Positions 16,539 to 32,703 of a stretch of DNA of 64,000 nt are shown here, piece after piece. The number at the start of each line of letters is the position of its first letter. Position 1 is the first letter of the stretch. Under the pieces are notes generated by a model that saw only the letters and a list, made by a program, of their open reading frames with translations, was not told the origin of the DNA and did no database searches. A program made the position numbers and the translations under genes. Source of the DNA: Eledone cirrhosa (lineage: Eukaryota); contig OZ024748.1 of NCBI GenBank assembly GCA_964016885.1, positions 5,084,001 to 5,148,000 of the forward strand, written 5' to 3'.

Positions 16539-16665
16539 TATATGTGAATGTATGTATAAATATATATATGTATATATATGTATAACTCCGGAACTTATAT
16601 CTTCGTTGAGTGCTCCCTATCCGCATACTGAAGTATAGAATTTTACCAACACTTACTTTCTTGCT

Positions 16666-16786
<121 letters not shown>

Positions 16787-16885
16787 TATATATATATTAT
16801 AATTGAAACAGATAACAAAAAAACAACACCGAGGAAGCGAAGAGGCAGTACAAAATGTTAATATTAGTTTCACGCTTGAGAGTGG

Positions 16886-16919
<34 letters not shown>

Positions 16920-17104
16920 AAAAAGTATGACCCCCGACGGCAGAGCTCAAGCCGTTTCGAGGGCTATTTCTGGACTAAATTAGAATGTTTAGCCTGGTGA
17001 ATAAGTATTGAGTACTCTGGTGGGTTATGGTTCATCTGGTTCCTTACCGCAATTCCTTTGTTATATATATATATAAATATATATATATATAAATATATAT
17101 GTAT

Positions 17105-17158
<54 letters not shown>

Positions 17159-17166
<8 letters not shown>

Positions 17167-17551
17167 CATATGTAAGGTGAACCCCCGGATAAACTGTAAA
17201 ACTAGAAACGTAGTCTATAGCATAAGATGTACAGAGGGTACTTGCAGAAACACGACAACAACATACATAGGTGAGACAGCTCGTAGCATAGGTGAAAGGA
17301 TAGACCAACACTGGGGGGAACTAAAAGGACGAAAAAACGGGTCAGTACTATACGAACATGCTAGACAACATCATGACGGTAACATAGACAACATAGAAAT
17401 TAGAATAATATCTAAACATAGGAATGACCCAGCAGATAGGCAAATCAGAGAGGCCAGTGAAATAGAAATTAGAAGACCAAAGCTAAACAGAAAGAATGAG
17501 TGGAACAACAACAACACCCAAACAAACAACACTGACCTAAGAGAAGTATAA
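17159..17551 (+). mobile_element. Penelope-like retroelement GIY-YIG endonuclease domain (5'-truncated, inserted in (TA)n)
   Basis: CIIC...C...VVYSIRC....C....YIGETARSIGERIDQH...SVLYEH...RQIREASEI....PKLN is the GIY-YIG signature with the Cys cluster typical of PLEs. The frame is open to a stop at 17551. Confidence 0.88.
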
Positions 17552-17833
17552 ATAAATAAGTAAATTAAATTAAATTAAATAAAATAAGATAAATAAATAC
17601 ATACACAAGCACATAAACACACACTAGTCACCCAGCAGACAACACTATACACACTAGTCACACATCACACATCACACATAACACTATACACACACGCAAA
17701 CGCATGCGCAAAGAAGACAAAATAAAATAAGATAAACAAACAAGCAAATAAATAAATAAATATATAGACAGACTGAACAAAAAAAAAAATGGCGTAGACA
17801 TACAACACAACAGGAGGAACAATGAATATAACA

Positions 17834-17873
17834 CCACTGACGATGTTGCAGATGTGCAACGAAAGATTTATGT
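17834..17873 (+). ncRNA. Minimal type I hammerhead ribozyme in the 3' region of the PLE fragment
   Basis: CTGACGA-T-GTTGCA-gatg-TGCAAC-GAAA-GATTTA, ~290 nt downstream of the GIY-YIG stop. Confidence 0.7.
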
Positions 17874-18081
17874 AAACTATATATATATGTGTTTGTCTAT
17901 ATTGTATCTGTATTATTTTTGACCGCCGGTCAGTCAATGGCAACATTGAGGACCGAGTAAGCTAGATCGCAGATATATATATATAAAAGACAGCGAGAAG
18001 CGAAAACCAACCAAACAGTGAGTGTGTTCTGTTATTAATTCTGGCAATATTACGCAAATATGACCCTCCCCAAATATAACA

Positions 18082-18149
<68 letters not shown>

Positions 18150-19195
18150 GTTAAAACAAAAAGCAAAAACAATAACGCAGTGTTAGTATTAGGTTGACGC
18201 TTGAGAGCGGGGGATGGGGGTGGGACGTTTCGGTCATAAGCCCTTCATCGAGAGAAACATAGGGAGGAAAAGAATTCCGCGGGTGTGAGAGGGAGTTGTG
18301 GAAAGACATTAATAGGGCAGGGGGAAATTAAGGGGAAGGAAAAAAAAAATTATATATATATATAAGAATCCATTTGTCCTCGGATGAACTTGCAAGTAGA
18401 ATCAAAAGCCAGTTAGAACAATTGAAATGTGATTCCCGCCTGCAATATATTAGAAATGTCTTTACATCTGTTTACAATTTGTGTTAATCTAGAAGTTTCT
18501 AGAAAAAAAAATTAATTACATGTTGTTGGGAACGATTTACATTGAAATCAATAAAAAAATTATATGTCTGAATCTAATCGATATAATCGATCACACACTC
18601 ACTATGAACCATGTAAGAGTGTCTATCTAGTATAGAAATCAATAAATATTAAGTAAAAGAAAATATTTTGATTACCTAATGTGTTACATAAACACATATA
18701 GACATACACACATACGCTCACACAAATATACACACACATACGCTCACACATATAGACACACACACGCACATATATACCCACACACAAGGATAGGCACACA
18801 CATATACACTCTCATATATAGACACACACGCACATACTCTCACACATATAGACACACACACACATATACGCTCACGCGTGTATAACCACACACATATACA
18901 CTTACATAAATATACACACACATATGCTCACATATACACACATACACAGAACACACACACATACGCTCACATATATAGACATACACACACATACGCTCAC
19001 ATATGTAGACACACACACATGCGCTCACATATATTGACATACACACACATACGCTCACACAAGGATATTAAAGTAATGGGCTATAAAATAGATGAAAAGA
19101 TATATATGTGTGAGTATGTGAGTGTGTATATTTAATTGTATATATATACATATATATGTATATGTGTACATACATATATCTATTTATACATACAA

Positions 19196-19315
<120 letters not shown>

Positions 19316-19329
19316 ACATACATATATAT

Positions 19330-19431
<102 letters not shown>

Positions 19432-19621
19432 ATAGAGACGTACATACATACACATACTATATCTTTATAGTAAGTAGAACAGTATTTGAAAAAAAAAAGT
19501 CTTCTGTACCACTATCTATATGTCAGTGTGGCTGTGTATATAGAGAATAAATTATACTTAAATATACATACACACTCATACACAAATACAAGGCATTGCA
19601 TTATATATGTATGTATTATAT

Positions 19622-19694
<73 letters not shown>

Positions 19695-19992
19695 TAAATG
19701 TGTGAGAGTGTGTTTATGTTTAAAAATAACAATATGTAGTGATTGTTAGTCGACGTTAACAAAAAAAAACAACAACAACATATATATATATATATGTGAA
19801 GCTTAAATTTTCCTAATTTCATGTGTCATTAATAGTACGGATTAATTGACGTTTCAAATATATTCCTTCTTCATCTAAGAGAGGGAGATGGAAAGCTAGA
19901 AAGAGAAACAGAATTGTTAAATCCTCTCCTTGGGCCTTGAGTTTTTGTATTTACTATGCCTAATCTGTTATGGACTAAGTAAGAAAAAATAT

Positions 19993-20850
19993 AATTGTTT
20001 CTACTTTAGGCACAAGGCCAGCAATTAACCAGTGCATTACTGGTACTTACTAAGTACGAAAAAATATAATGGTATCACTTCGATCGTTTATACGACTCCA
20101 CAATAAATGGCATGGTGGAGTTGGTTGAATCGTTTGAGCATCGGACAAAATGCCTTCCGGTTATTGTTCTTTATGTTCCTTCTGAATTGAAATCACACCG
20201 TGGTCAACTTTGGCCATTATTCTTCCGGGGTCGATATAATAAAATAGCACTAAATAGTGAGGTCAATTTAAGCAATTCCTCCTACACAGATCTGCTGGCC
20301 GTGTCCCTAAATTACCAACTTACATTTGTATGAATTATTGACAGAATCGAATGGTTACAGCGTCGGACAGGATATGATACGGTATTTTGTCTCGGATGTC
20401 TTTATATGTTTTGAATTCAAATAGTTATAGCTTCAAACATTACTTTGGGTTCATCCCAGATCGATAAAATAAAGTACCATGTAGATAATTTGGTCGATTT
20501 AATCACCTACATCTCTCAAAAATTCATGTAAAAATCCATGTAAAAAATAGTGATTTAATATTTGTCTACGTTTATAAAAACTGATGTAGTAAATAATGCG
20601 TTCTAAATTAGGCACGAGGCCAACGATTTGAGGGGAGGGGAAAATCGATTAAATCGACCCCAGTACGTTACTGGTACATTGTTTCATCGACCCCGTTGTA
20701 AATAATATTTGATAGGCACAGATATGACTAGATATTTAAGGTGCTCCTGGGATCAGTCTTAACTGGTCGTTTACTATATCTTCGTGTTGTCCTGTGACTC
20801 ATGGGTGTAATTATGTAGAAGGCAATTGACAAAACCCGTCGCATGTATTA

Positions 20851-20914
<64 letters not shown>

Positions 20915-21027
20915 TAGGCAGAACTATTTGTAATTGTATATATACATTATATATATATATATAAATATTTATATATATATGCATACACAAAATATATACG
21001 CACTCACAAATATATATATACATATAT

Positions 21028-21060
<33 letters not shown>

Positions 21061-21091
21061 CACCCACACACACACATATATATATATACAC

Positions 21092-21124
<33 letters not shown>

Positions 21125-21127
21125 GGG

Positions 21128-21161
<34 letters not shown>

Positions 21162-21325
21162 TGTTTATATATATTTGTGTGTGTTATGATGATGATAATA
21201 ATTGTTTCTACTTTAGGCACTAGGTCAGCAATTTGGGGGGATGGAAAAGTCCATTTACTCGACCCAGTGCATTACTGGTGCGTTATTTTATCGACCCGGT
21301 AAGGATGAAAGGCAAAAGTAACACC
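19993..21325. mobile_element. Cluster of partial and older related SINE copies (also ~25855-25960, 44255-44730, 48540-49160, 55560-56130)
   Basis: Diverged matches to the gtcgataaaataaagtaccag central domain and the ggccttgtgcc tail. Confidence 0.65.
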
Positions 21326-23262
21326 GACAATAATATTCAACCCCTCCTTCTTCATAAAATATTAATTTAAAATAATTCTGCCAGCAAAACCAATAGTAGT
21401 TTTTAAGAACAATAAATTTTCAGTCGCGTTTTATCGTCTTCTAACACTCCTCCTTCTCCTCGATCTTCATCACCTTTTTCTCTTCCTCCGCTTCACCATC
21501 CTCATCGTCATCATCATCATCATTATGAAATGTAATCTTACTGTTCTGTTCCCAGGCACAAGTCCGCTCAAAGTCACCTTTTTATCATCTCTGTGGCATC
21601 GGCTTTTGTTCAGCTTCTTCACATTCTTTTCATTTCTCCGGGGTCGGTACTTGTTTTGATTCCTTGCATTCAAATACCGCCAATGTCAACTTTATCTTTC
21701 AACCCTCCGTCATCCATAAAATACCACTCAAATTAGTAAGGTAGTTTTAATTAACTAAACCACCACCACAACTTTCTGGTCACTTGCCTAATTTAGAAAC
21801 AATTATTTTTATCATCATCATCATTATCATCATTATCATTATCATTATTATAATTCTAATCATTATCATTATCAACATCATAAATTCAATAGTTTTATGA
21901 AAGGTTTTACTGGACCAGGTGCAACTTTAAGTATCTAAGGTGTATGCAGCATTGCGTTTTGAAAGTATAGACTTCTACTTAAATACTCCATCAATTTAGA
22001 GTATATATTGTGTAAGTTGTGTTATTTTGTTATGTGGTGACTTTCATTATGTGTGTTGTGTTGTGTTGTGTTATGTCCAAGTGTTCTATATGTAGTATTT
22101 GATATGCGCGTTCTGCTAAAAAAAGGGATGGGGAAACTGTCAAATTGGAAGTCTTTGAAATGAAAATGAGCACGGTGTTGGAGTCGGGAATTAAAATCAA
22201 CGTCAGTTATAGTAACAATGAGTATGATAAAAAAAAAGAACCATTAGCAAAATATATTTTAAGGTAGCACCATGAAATAATGTTTTTGAAAACTTAGCAG
22301 GCTTTGGGGTTTCAGTGCCTAACACAGTGATAGTCAAAATGTTCCCTACCGAGGACCTGTGTTATTTAAATGAATTTTCCCGCAACCCAACTGTTTCAAT
22401 GTTTTCCCCTCACATACGGGGAGAATATCCATCGAAAGAGAGAAATATTTGTACTTAGAGGAACATAGATACCTAAATAATATTTTTTTAGTGCATGGGA
22501 ATTTGAACTTAGTACTCTGACCCCGAAAAAGTTAAACTTGAATATATATTAGTTAAAATAAATAAATATATAATATATTGAAAGTATTGAATTTGATCAT
22601 CATAGATAGGGTGCTAATTTGTGAGCTCCCTAGTCTGGTCAATATATGGCCATATATTAAAATAACTGGGGTGATTTGCTTGTGGTTTATAACGTTGAGT
22701 ATTCTGGTTGTTTCGTGTAATGATTTGTGTTTTTTCTAACCAGGTTGCTCAATATCTTCACAAATACTGGGATATATCATTTGTGTTGTATAATGAAATC
22801 ACTGGGTCTTAAAATATGCACCAATATCCAGTTGACCCAACCAAAGAAGATCAAACCTGAAGGTATGTAAGGACCGTAAGAGATCTCACAAGTTACTTCT
22901 CTTCAGTCATAACCCTCACGCTGTACACTGTGATGCTTCCATGTTCATTTTGATGGCTCTAAATCGCCTAAATCCCAAAATCTACAGAATCCCATAGTCT
23001 CTACTTATGGACAAATAACCGAACACTCAATTACAAATCTGTACTGACAAGAATCTTGCTCGTCACCGTTTCCCGTCCTACATAAATTCCTAGTACTCTA
23101 TTCCTCATATAAGCCTTCGCCATTGTGAGGGAGATTGGAGGAAGATTTGACTACATGTTCTAGTAGTACAAGTAGGTATCCTCTCTGGCTCAGCCAATAT
23201 TATTTCTTGTTCATTCCCAGAGCAGACATATAGTGAACAATGATACATCAATGATCATTTTG

Positions 23263-23306
<44 letters not shown>

Positions 23307-23381
23307 ATATATTATATATATAAACACATATATATATATTCTTGTGAAATATATATATATATATATATGCATGTATGTATG

Positions 23382-23431
<50 letters not shown>

Positions 23432-23459
23432 AATATTATATAGTATATTATATAAATAC

Positions 23460-23511
<52 letters not shown>

Positions 23512-23703
23512 GTATTTATATAATATACTATATAATATTTATATATATATGTATATATATACATATATATATAAATATTATATAGTATATTATATAAATA
23601 CATGTGTATATATATATATATATATATTATAGTATTATAATATATATATGCATATATATACATATATTACATATGTATTATATACTATATATATATATAT
23701 TAA

Positions 23704-23748
<45 letters not shown>

Positions 23749-23751
<3 letters not shown>

Positions 23752-23864
23752 TTAATATAGATGAGATTCTACAGGACTAGAACTGTTTCATTCTTTAGAA
23801 ATCATCTGCAATGTATTGAGTACCTTACTTACTGTGGTTACCTCCGATTCAACCCGGAATAACG
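23749..23864. mobile_element. Family A element, inverted hammerhead segment joined directly to the forward 3' tail
   Basis: 23749-23807 matches 2471-2528; 23808-23864 is the reverse complement of ~2403-2460; both ends in (TA)n. Confidence 0.8.
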
Positions 23865-24947
23865 TATATATATATATATATATATATAATTAATATTTAT
23901 TAATATTTATTAATATAATCTTCTATACGCTATCATACACACGCGTGTATATATATATATATATATACTTATATTATGTATATATAATTTAACACGGAAA
24001 ATAATCCTACAACAGCATCATCCTAGCAAATATTTTCATACGGAGTCGCTCAACGTGCTAGAAATAATAGCTAATTCCCCTTTAAATCACATCCTATCAC
24101 TCCTTAACACTCTAATACAATTAATAACGTACTTTTAGAATATTTCTTTTGCGAGTTTAGACTTCCTTGCCAATATATCCGAGACTCGATCGCCAGTTCG
24201 CCGCCTATAATATTTGTATTTGTGGTACATATGAACGAAATCAGTAAAGCGCGAAATGAACAAATAAACATACATGTATATAAGTTAAGGGTTATCATGC
24301 CAAAAGTGATTTTTACCAAAACACCTGAAATTGTCCAGTGTACAAAACTGCTTTCCTTCCACCATAGTTTTACAAAATATTTCATCATCATTCTACATTG
24401 TATATAAAGTAATTTTATCATCATATAAAAAATATATAACATCAAATAGAAGTACATACATATAACCAATTAATTATAGCTGGGAACATCATGAATATAA
24501 TACACAAAATTATATAATCAAATTAATATTACTATAAAGTACAACAAAGCTTTAGGATGACAAAATTGTGTCCTTATTCTTAAAGGTTTCATATCCCGCC
24601 AAATGTGAAATTTTATATTCTAAAAACATTTTTTTTTTTACATAGAACAGGAAATCGGTGAATAGGCAAAATCGGGTAACTTTAGAGAAATTGCCCAGTG
24701 TTTTTATTCTGTATGGGTTCGAATTCTATAGTGGTCAAACTTTTCATTTCTTATACATGGATTGATAAATTAATCCACCAGTTCGATTACCGACTCCGCC
24801 AAATATCTGGCTGTTTGTTTCAATTTAAGAAAACAAAAACAAATATTTATTCTATATAGAACATCAGGACGGTGCATTAGCAGAATCGTGTGGCGTCGGA
24901 TAAATGCCCTGGTGCGTTTGCTTGTGTCGGATAAACCTCTAATTAAA

Positions 24948-24995
<48 letters not shown>

Positions 24996-25340
24996 TAGAT
25001 AGCTATAGATATTGGTTAGATAAATAAATAAGTAGTTAGATATGAAGATAGGCAGGCAGATAGGTAGGAAGAGAAAATAGATAGATTCATGCGTATATGT
25101 TTGTACGATTATGTGTATATATATATTCATTCATATCTCTATTTGTGGATATGGTGTATGTATGATATTACATACAAAGACATAGTTTACTACTGTCTGA
25201 TGCAGAGTTTTAGCTTAAATCTAGATGTACACAACATACATGCACACACACACACACAGACACACACACACACATATATATATATTATATATATATGTTA
25301 TATATATATTTATTATATATATATATATTATATATATTTG

Positions 25341-25384
<44 letters not shown>

Positions 25385-26091
25385 AATATATATATTATAT
25401 ATATATATATTTATTATATATATATATTATATATATATATTTATTATATATATATATTATATATATTATATATATATTATATATATATATATGTTATATA
25501 TATTATATATATATATGATATATTATATATATATATTATATATATATTATATATATATGTTATATATATTATATATATTTGATATATATATATATATTGT
25601 ATATATATATTATATATATATGTTATATATATATATATTATATATATATTATATATATATGTTATATATATTATATATATATGATATATAATATATATAT
25701 ATTATATATATATATATATGTTATATATATATATATATATTATATATATAGGATTTATTATATATATATGTATTATATATATCTATATGTTATATATATA
25801 TATTATATATATGTTATATATATTATATATATATATGTTATATATATTAAGGAAGAGGGCCAGAAATTTATGGGGAGGGGGATACAAAATAAATCGATCC
25901 AGCGTTTGATAGGTACTTGGTTTTATCGACGGGGAATGGGTGAAAGCCATCATTGATTTTGGTGGAATTTGAAGGTTTGATAAAAGGAAAAGAAATGCCA
26001 TGAATATAGTAAATATGTATTGAGGTATATATGATTATGTCCAACAACTACGGATCCTGCAAATAAGCTATATAGAGGGCTGGTGTGGGTG

Positions 26092-26151
<60 letters not shown>

Positions 26152-26476
26152 ACAAAGACACATATCTGCACGTGTGAGCAGGTGGCATCTTATCTCACTT
26201 TCTCTCAATCTATATATATATATATATAACATTCATATAAATATATGCGTAGTTCCTTCCATGCATATACAATCCACACACACCCACCCCCACAGATACA
26301 AAGACACACAAAGATATATATATATATATATAAAATTAAAATTAAGATGACATATGTATGTAAAATAAACGCATCATATTTATATATATTTCAGAACACC
26401 AATATGTATATATATATAAAATATATCACCTATATATCACATATATATGTCACATCATATATATATAATATATATA

Positions 26477-26571
<95 letters not shown>

Positions 26572-27376
26572 TATCACTATGTTATATTATTTTCATATAA
26601 ATTATATAGCCTGAATTCATGAACTTCAGAATTTAACACTAGTCAACAATTGAACAACATTACATGTGATATGTTGGACAAAAAAACCACAAAATAAATA
26701 AAGGAGACTTGCAACCATACGGTGCTGGGTTCATTCCTACTGGACGGCACCTTGGGTAGGTGTCCTTTATATAGATATTGGTTGACTAGTGTCGCACACA
26801 TATGCGTGTGTGTATGTGTGCAAAGCCTGTAACATAACGGTTTGACAAAAAGGGGTCGATAAAAATAAGTGCTAGTCTCTTACAACTAAGAAACAACAAA
26901 TACTGGCGCTGAAATGGAAGACTAAATCACAACGGTGCCCCAGTATGACCGCAGTCTAATGACTGAATCAAATAAATAATAACAATTATGTTCAAATTCA
27001 TGTGTGAGTCCATGTGATTCTATGTGTGTGTTTATATGTGTGTATACATGTATGCATTAATATTTCATCATCATTACATAATCTTCTTATAGATTAACTC
27101 CAGTTCAGGTTCCGTCCTTATCTATCATATATTATGATTAAATATAAGACTTTCAGGACAATCACGTCTTTGTTTTATCAGAAAGAACTACATTATCAAT
27201 TGCGTTACTGCCTATATCTTTTTAAGCGGTTGACTGTGATTTGAGAGAATTTTCATTGTTATTTGTAGTAGAATGTGTGAGCAGATAGAGTCCTATTTGA
27301 TTTGGTCTTACAACTATATAAAAAAAAGATTTAACATTATATGCACTTTTCGTGTGGATATAAAAAAGGTTATAGC

Positions 27377-27407
<31 letters not shown>

Positions 27408-27505
27408 ATATTTTTTTATATTTACTTGTAAAGATTGAAACTCTTCCTCACCATATAATTCGTTGTATAAAATATATACATATACAGACGTAAACACACG
27501 CACAC

Positions 27506-27586
<81 letters not shown>

Positions 27587-28205
27587 AGTATGTAGTCACC
27601 AGAAGTCAGTAGAAATTAATGATAGTTGAATAAATCGCGTTACGTGCCCCTGCTGACAAAAACATTGTGTACAGTAGCATTCAAGGTATCGAACCACACA
27701 TCTCTCGCATGTAAATCGACCATGATTTTCCTTTAGTGAGTGAAATAAACTTAGCTACGAGGCTGAAATTTCAAATATATCGAACACTGGACTTTAATAT
27801 TACAAACTACAAAATGTGAAATTTTCTAAAGGCGGGTTTGAAATTTGGAAGTTAAAAGGCGGATTGAATGGCGGAAGGCGTCTTGTTGAATACTCTACCG
27901 ACTCAAGAAATGTGTACAATTAGTTTAATACAATAATATTTATCGGGGTATATAATGAAATAAACAAATACCTTATGTGTTGTGTCATTACTTGATAAAT
28001 GTAAAACTAAAATATCACTCGAATGTAACAACAAGCAAAACCCGTTCTGTTTCTTTCTCTCTTCGTCGACTGTATATACACACAGACAAACACACATATA
28101 TATATTAAATATATATTTATATATATATATAAAATATATAATATAAATATGTATATGTATATACATTTAAATATATGTGTATATATATATATATTTATAT
28201 ATATT

Positions 28206-28252
<47 letters not shown>

Positions 28253-28531
28253 AGATACATATAAATATATCTAATATATAGATGCATATGCATATAAATA
28301 TATATATATATATGTATATATATTCATATAAATATATATATATAATATATATATTTATATGCATATAAATATATATATATATATATGTTAATATAAATAA
28401 ATATATATATATATAATATATATATATATATGTATATGCATATAAATATAAATATATATATATTCATATAAATATATATATTTATTTAAAATATATATAT
28501 ATGTATAGGCATATAAATATATATATATATA

Positions 28532-28599
<68 letters not shown>

Positions 28600-28700
28600 A
28601 ACATATATATATATATATGCATATACATAAATATATTTTATATATATATGTATAGGCATATAAATATATATATGCATATATATATATATGTGTGTGTGTA

Positions 28701-28764
<64 letters not shown>

Positions 28765-29091
28765 ATATATACATATTTATATTATATATTTATATTGTAT
28801 ATTTATATACATATTTATATTATATATTTATATGTATATACTTATATATATATATTTATATTATATATATATAAAACACATATGTATATGCATATAAATA
28901 CACACACACACACACATATATATTCATATGCATATTCATATATACATATATATAATATATATATGCATATGCATATAAATATATATATGATATATATTCA
29001 TATAAATATATATATACATCCATATGAATATAAATAAATATATATATATAAATGTATATATAGACATATATATAATATATATATGTGTATA

Positions 29092-29186
29092 TGTTAAATT
29101 TCGAATACCTGATGATGTCACCGGATTCATACCGAACCCGTTCATTGAAATGTTCATAGTATAATAGCCTCCTGTTATTTTATAAT
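29092..29186 (+). mobile_element. Family F element with hammerhead 29105-29162
   Basis: Homologous to 9776-9920; sits inside a (TA)-rich tract. Confidence 0.7.
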
Positions 29187-29751
29187 ATATATGTATCTAT
29201 ATATATATATATATATAAATATATATATGTATATAAATGTATATATATATAAATATATATACATATATATAAATATATGTATATATATATACATGTAAAT
29301 ATATATATACATATTTATAAGGAAAAAGATATATATAATATATATATCAGAAAATATTTAGTTTGTATATTATGTCTTAAAAACCTCTATGTGTGGGTGC
29401 ATATATATATGTGTAAATTAGGGTTAATATATATTGATTTTTATATATAAACTACTATGTATATACACAAATATATATACACACAAAAAAGAGAACAACA
29501 CAGACTCATATACATGTCCATACATACAACTGTAGATATGTATATAGAGTATACCATTATCCCCTTTATCACATTCGAGGGTCAGTGTATATTTATTTGT
29601 ATCTTAAGTTCGTGTGAGGAGAAATAGATCTATATATAGAAATATTTATACATACATTTGTATGTATAAATGACGAGTGTACGTAAATTTACATAGGTTT
29701 GGCCCCAAATAATTTGGCCAATATACATTTATTGTATAGCCAATAACATTT

Positions 29752-29790
<39 letters not shown>

Positions 29791-30143
29791 AAAAAAAACA
29801 TGTATTTATATATATATACATACATATTGTTTTTTTTTTATACATACATACATATGCAAAATGTAATCAGTAATGATAAAACGAACCGAAGAGTTAAGTT
29901 TAACGCTTATATAAATATGTGTGTGTGTGTGTGTACATATGTGTGTATGTGTATCTATCGAGTTGTATATATATATATATAGTTATATATATAGAGAGAG
30001 AGATATGTATATACCTATGCATGAGTGTATATGTATGTATATATATATTTATATATACATACATATTTAAACATATATTTGACATATATATCCACAGATA
30101 TCTATACAAACAGACGCACACACACACACACACAATTACACAC

Positions 30144-30176
<33 letters not shown>

Positions 30177-30273
30177 CTACTGTACGTCTGTATACATATA
30201 TGTATGTACGTATACATACTTATATTTAAGTATCAGCCGTACCAAGAGTGAGATATGAAATTTCGTTTTTCCC

Positions 30274-30305
<32 letters not shown>

Positions 30306-30675
30306 ATTGATATGTGTGTGGGTGGGTGCGCGTTGAAAGAGATTCAAAAGTTTGATAGAGATCAATATATTTCCTGGCGGCGATGAAGTTTTTTTGCAAG
30401 ATGTTTGATATGAAACCGTGTGTTGAAACAGATATTACTATATTTGGGGAGGGCCATGTTGATATTGCCAAAAATAATAATAAAACTCATTGTTTTTGTG
30501 TTGTTTTCGCTTCAGTATATTTTTGTATTTTTATAATTAATTTAGCTGCCAATCAATGTATTTAGTTTTAGTGACAAGGAGATAAAAGGAATAATCGTTG
30601 AGTTACTTATTTTCAATTAATTAAACTTCCTCACCATCCCATAATAATAATAATAATAATAATAATAATATTTAC

Positions 30676-30725
<50 letters not shown>

Positions 30726-31189
30726 AGATATATGTGTATACACACACACATATATATATCTGTAGATATACATATATACACATACATATATATATCTGTA
30801 GATATATATGGAAATATATATACACATATATATATATATATAAACGTAATCTGAGTTTTTCGAATATTAATAATAATATTTGATTCGTTTGCAATTATGT
30901 AAACAAGCCTCATTTAAAAAAAAAGAAAAAATTTAATATATATATATAACTAGATATATATGTAAATATATATATATACACATGCTTATATATCTCTCTC
31001 TAGATATATATGTAAATTTATATATATATATATATAAATTTACATATATATCTATACGTGTCTATAGTCTGCCTTTCATAGGTTATAGATTCCATACACT
31101 GGTGGTTTTTTCCCTGTATTATTGATAACGCACTGTATATCTCTCTCTGATGTGTTACCTTTTCAACATATTGTATTTTATATATATAT

Positions 31190-31535
31190 ATAATAAAATA
31201 ACAGGAGGCTAGACTGGTGTAAATCCTTGAAAGGTTTATTGTACTGGTTTATTATACCTAAGGTTTATTATACCTAAGGTTTATTATACCTGATGATATC
31301 ACCGGATTCATGCTGAACCCGGTCATTGAAATAATCATAGTATAATAAACCTTTCAACGATTTACACCAGTCCAGCCTCTTGTTATTTTACAATAATTAA
31401 CTCCGTACTCGCACCACCAACTACACAAACGAAGACGGGTGAGTTGCATTACGTTGAGTATTCTCCATAATATTACATCGAGATTGACCATACGGAATGA
31501 CCAGTTCTATCCAGTGGTGAACCAACTAATCTAAA
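31190..31535 (+). mobile_element. Family F fold-back element with hammerhead 31286-31343
   Basis: Left arm 31190-31289 is the reverse complement of the sequence 3' of the cleavage site (31340-31390); contains a triplicated ggtttattatac at the junction. Confidence 0.78.
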
Positions 31536-31711
31536 TATATATATATATACACACAGAGTTGTGGGGTCTATTCTGCATGAAGAACTCGATGTAATCCATA
31601 TGTTGAAAATGTTGTAGGTTAAGATAAATCTCGGAAAACAATAAAACATTAAAAGGAAAACAGAGTCATGATATAAGTTAAAACAATTGATTATTTATTT
31701 CATTGTTTTAA

Positions 31712-31774
<63 letters not shown>

Positions 31775-32394
31775 GTGTGTATTGTATACCGAAAATATCA
31801 ACGAGTGGAAACATCTATATACACCTACATAAATGTTTATATCGTATGACTTGTATACATATTTGCCACCCGACGAATCGTAGACACATGCACACAGACA
31901 CACAGACACACACACGCATACATATATATACATGTATATATTCACATACATACACATATGTACACAAACACACCCGTATAACCTTTACTTTTGCATATAC
32001 ATATACATCTCGTCATAAACCCAGCCATGTAGATGTACATTGGTGTATAAAATGTACATTCCCCTACAACATATACAAACACATACATATATTATGTGTA
32101 TGGCCGCGAAGTTCTCGTCACAGTTATGAATTCTCGATTTCGGTTCTACCGTGTGACATCTCGATTAAGGGGCACCCTCGGTGCCCTAAGGTCGACCAAA
32201 GCTTGGTGAATAAATAAAAAATTAGTTTGATGGAATGTATAGAGGTCTGAGTGGCTGGTACATGGTTTCATTGAAGTGGCCAGTGTATGTAAATAATTGT
32301 CTGTATGGAGTACTCAATATTGGTGAAGGAAGTCCAAGATTTATTGAAGTGGAAGTGGGTGTGACATTCAGGAATTGCGTCACAGGATTAACCA

Positions 32395-32425
<31 letters not shown>

Positions 32426-32443
32426 GTATGGATTAGACAATTC

Positions 32444-32521
<78 letters not shown>

Positions 32522-32604
32522 TATATATAGATATATAGATATATATTTACATACATGATTTAGATTTTTTATGTTACATGACGGAAACATCAAAATCGGT
32601 CACG

Positions 32605-32703
<99 letters not shown>

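Noticed and set aside
24104-24469. 121-aa non-repetitive ORF (also 48327-48590 and 61558-61761)
   Set aside because: No recognisable motif or splice context; possibly decayed transposon fragments, which cannot be assigned without a database search
30990-31055. Short palindrome tagatatatatgtaaattta...taaatttacatatatatcta
   Set aside because: Explained by self-complementary (TA)n with local strand switching; no independent element features
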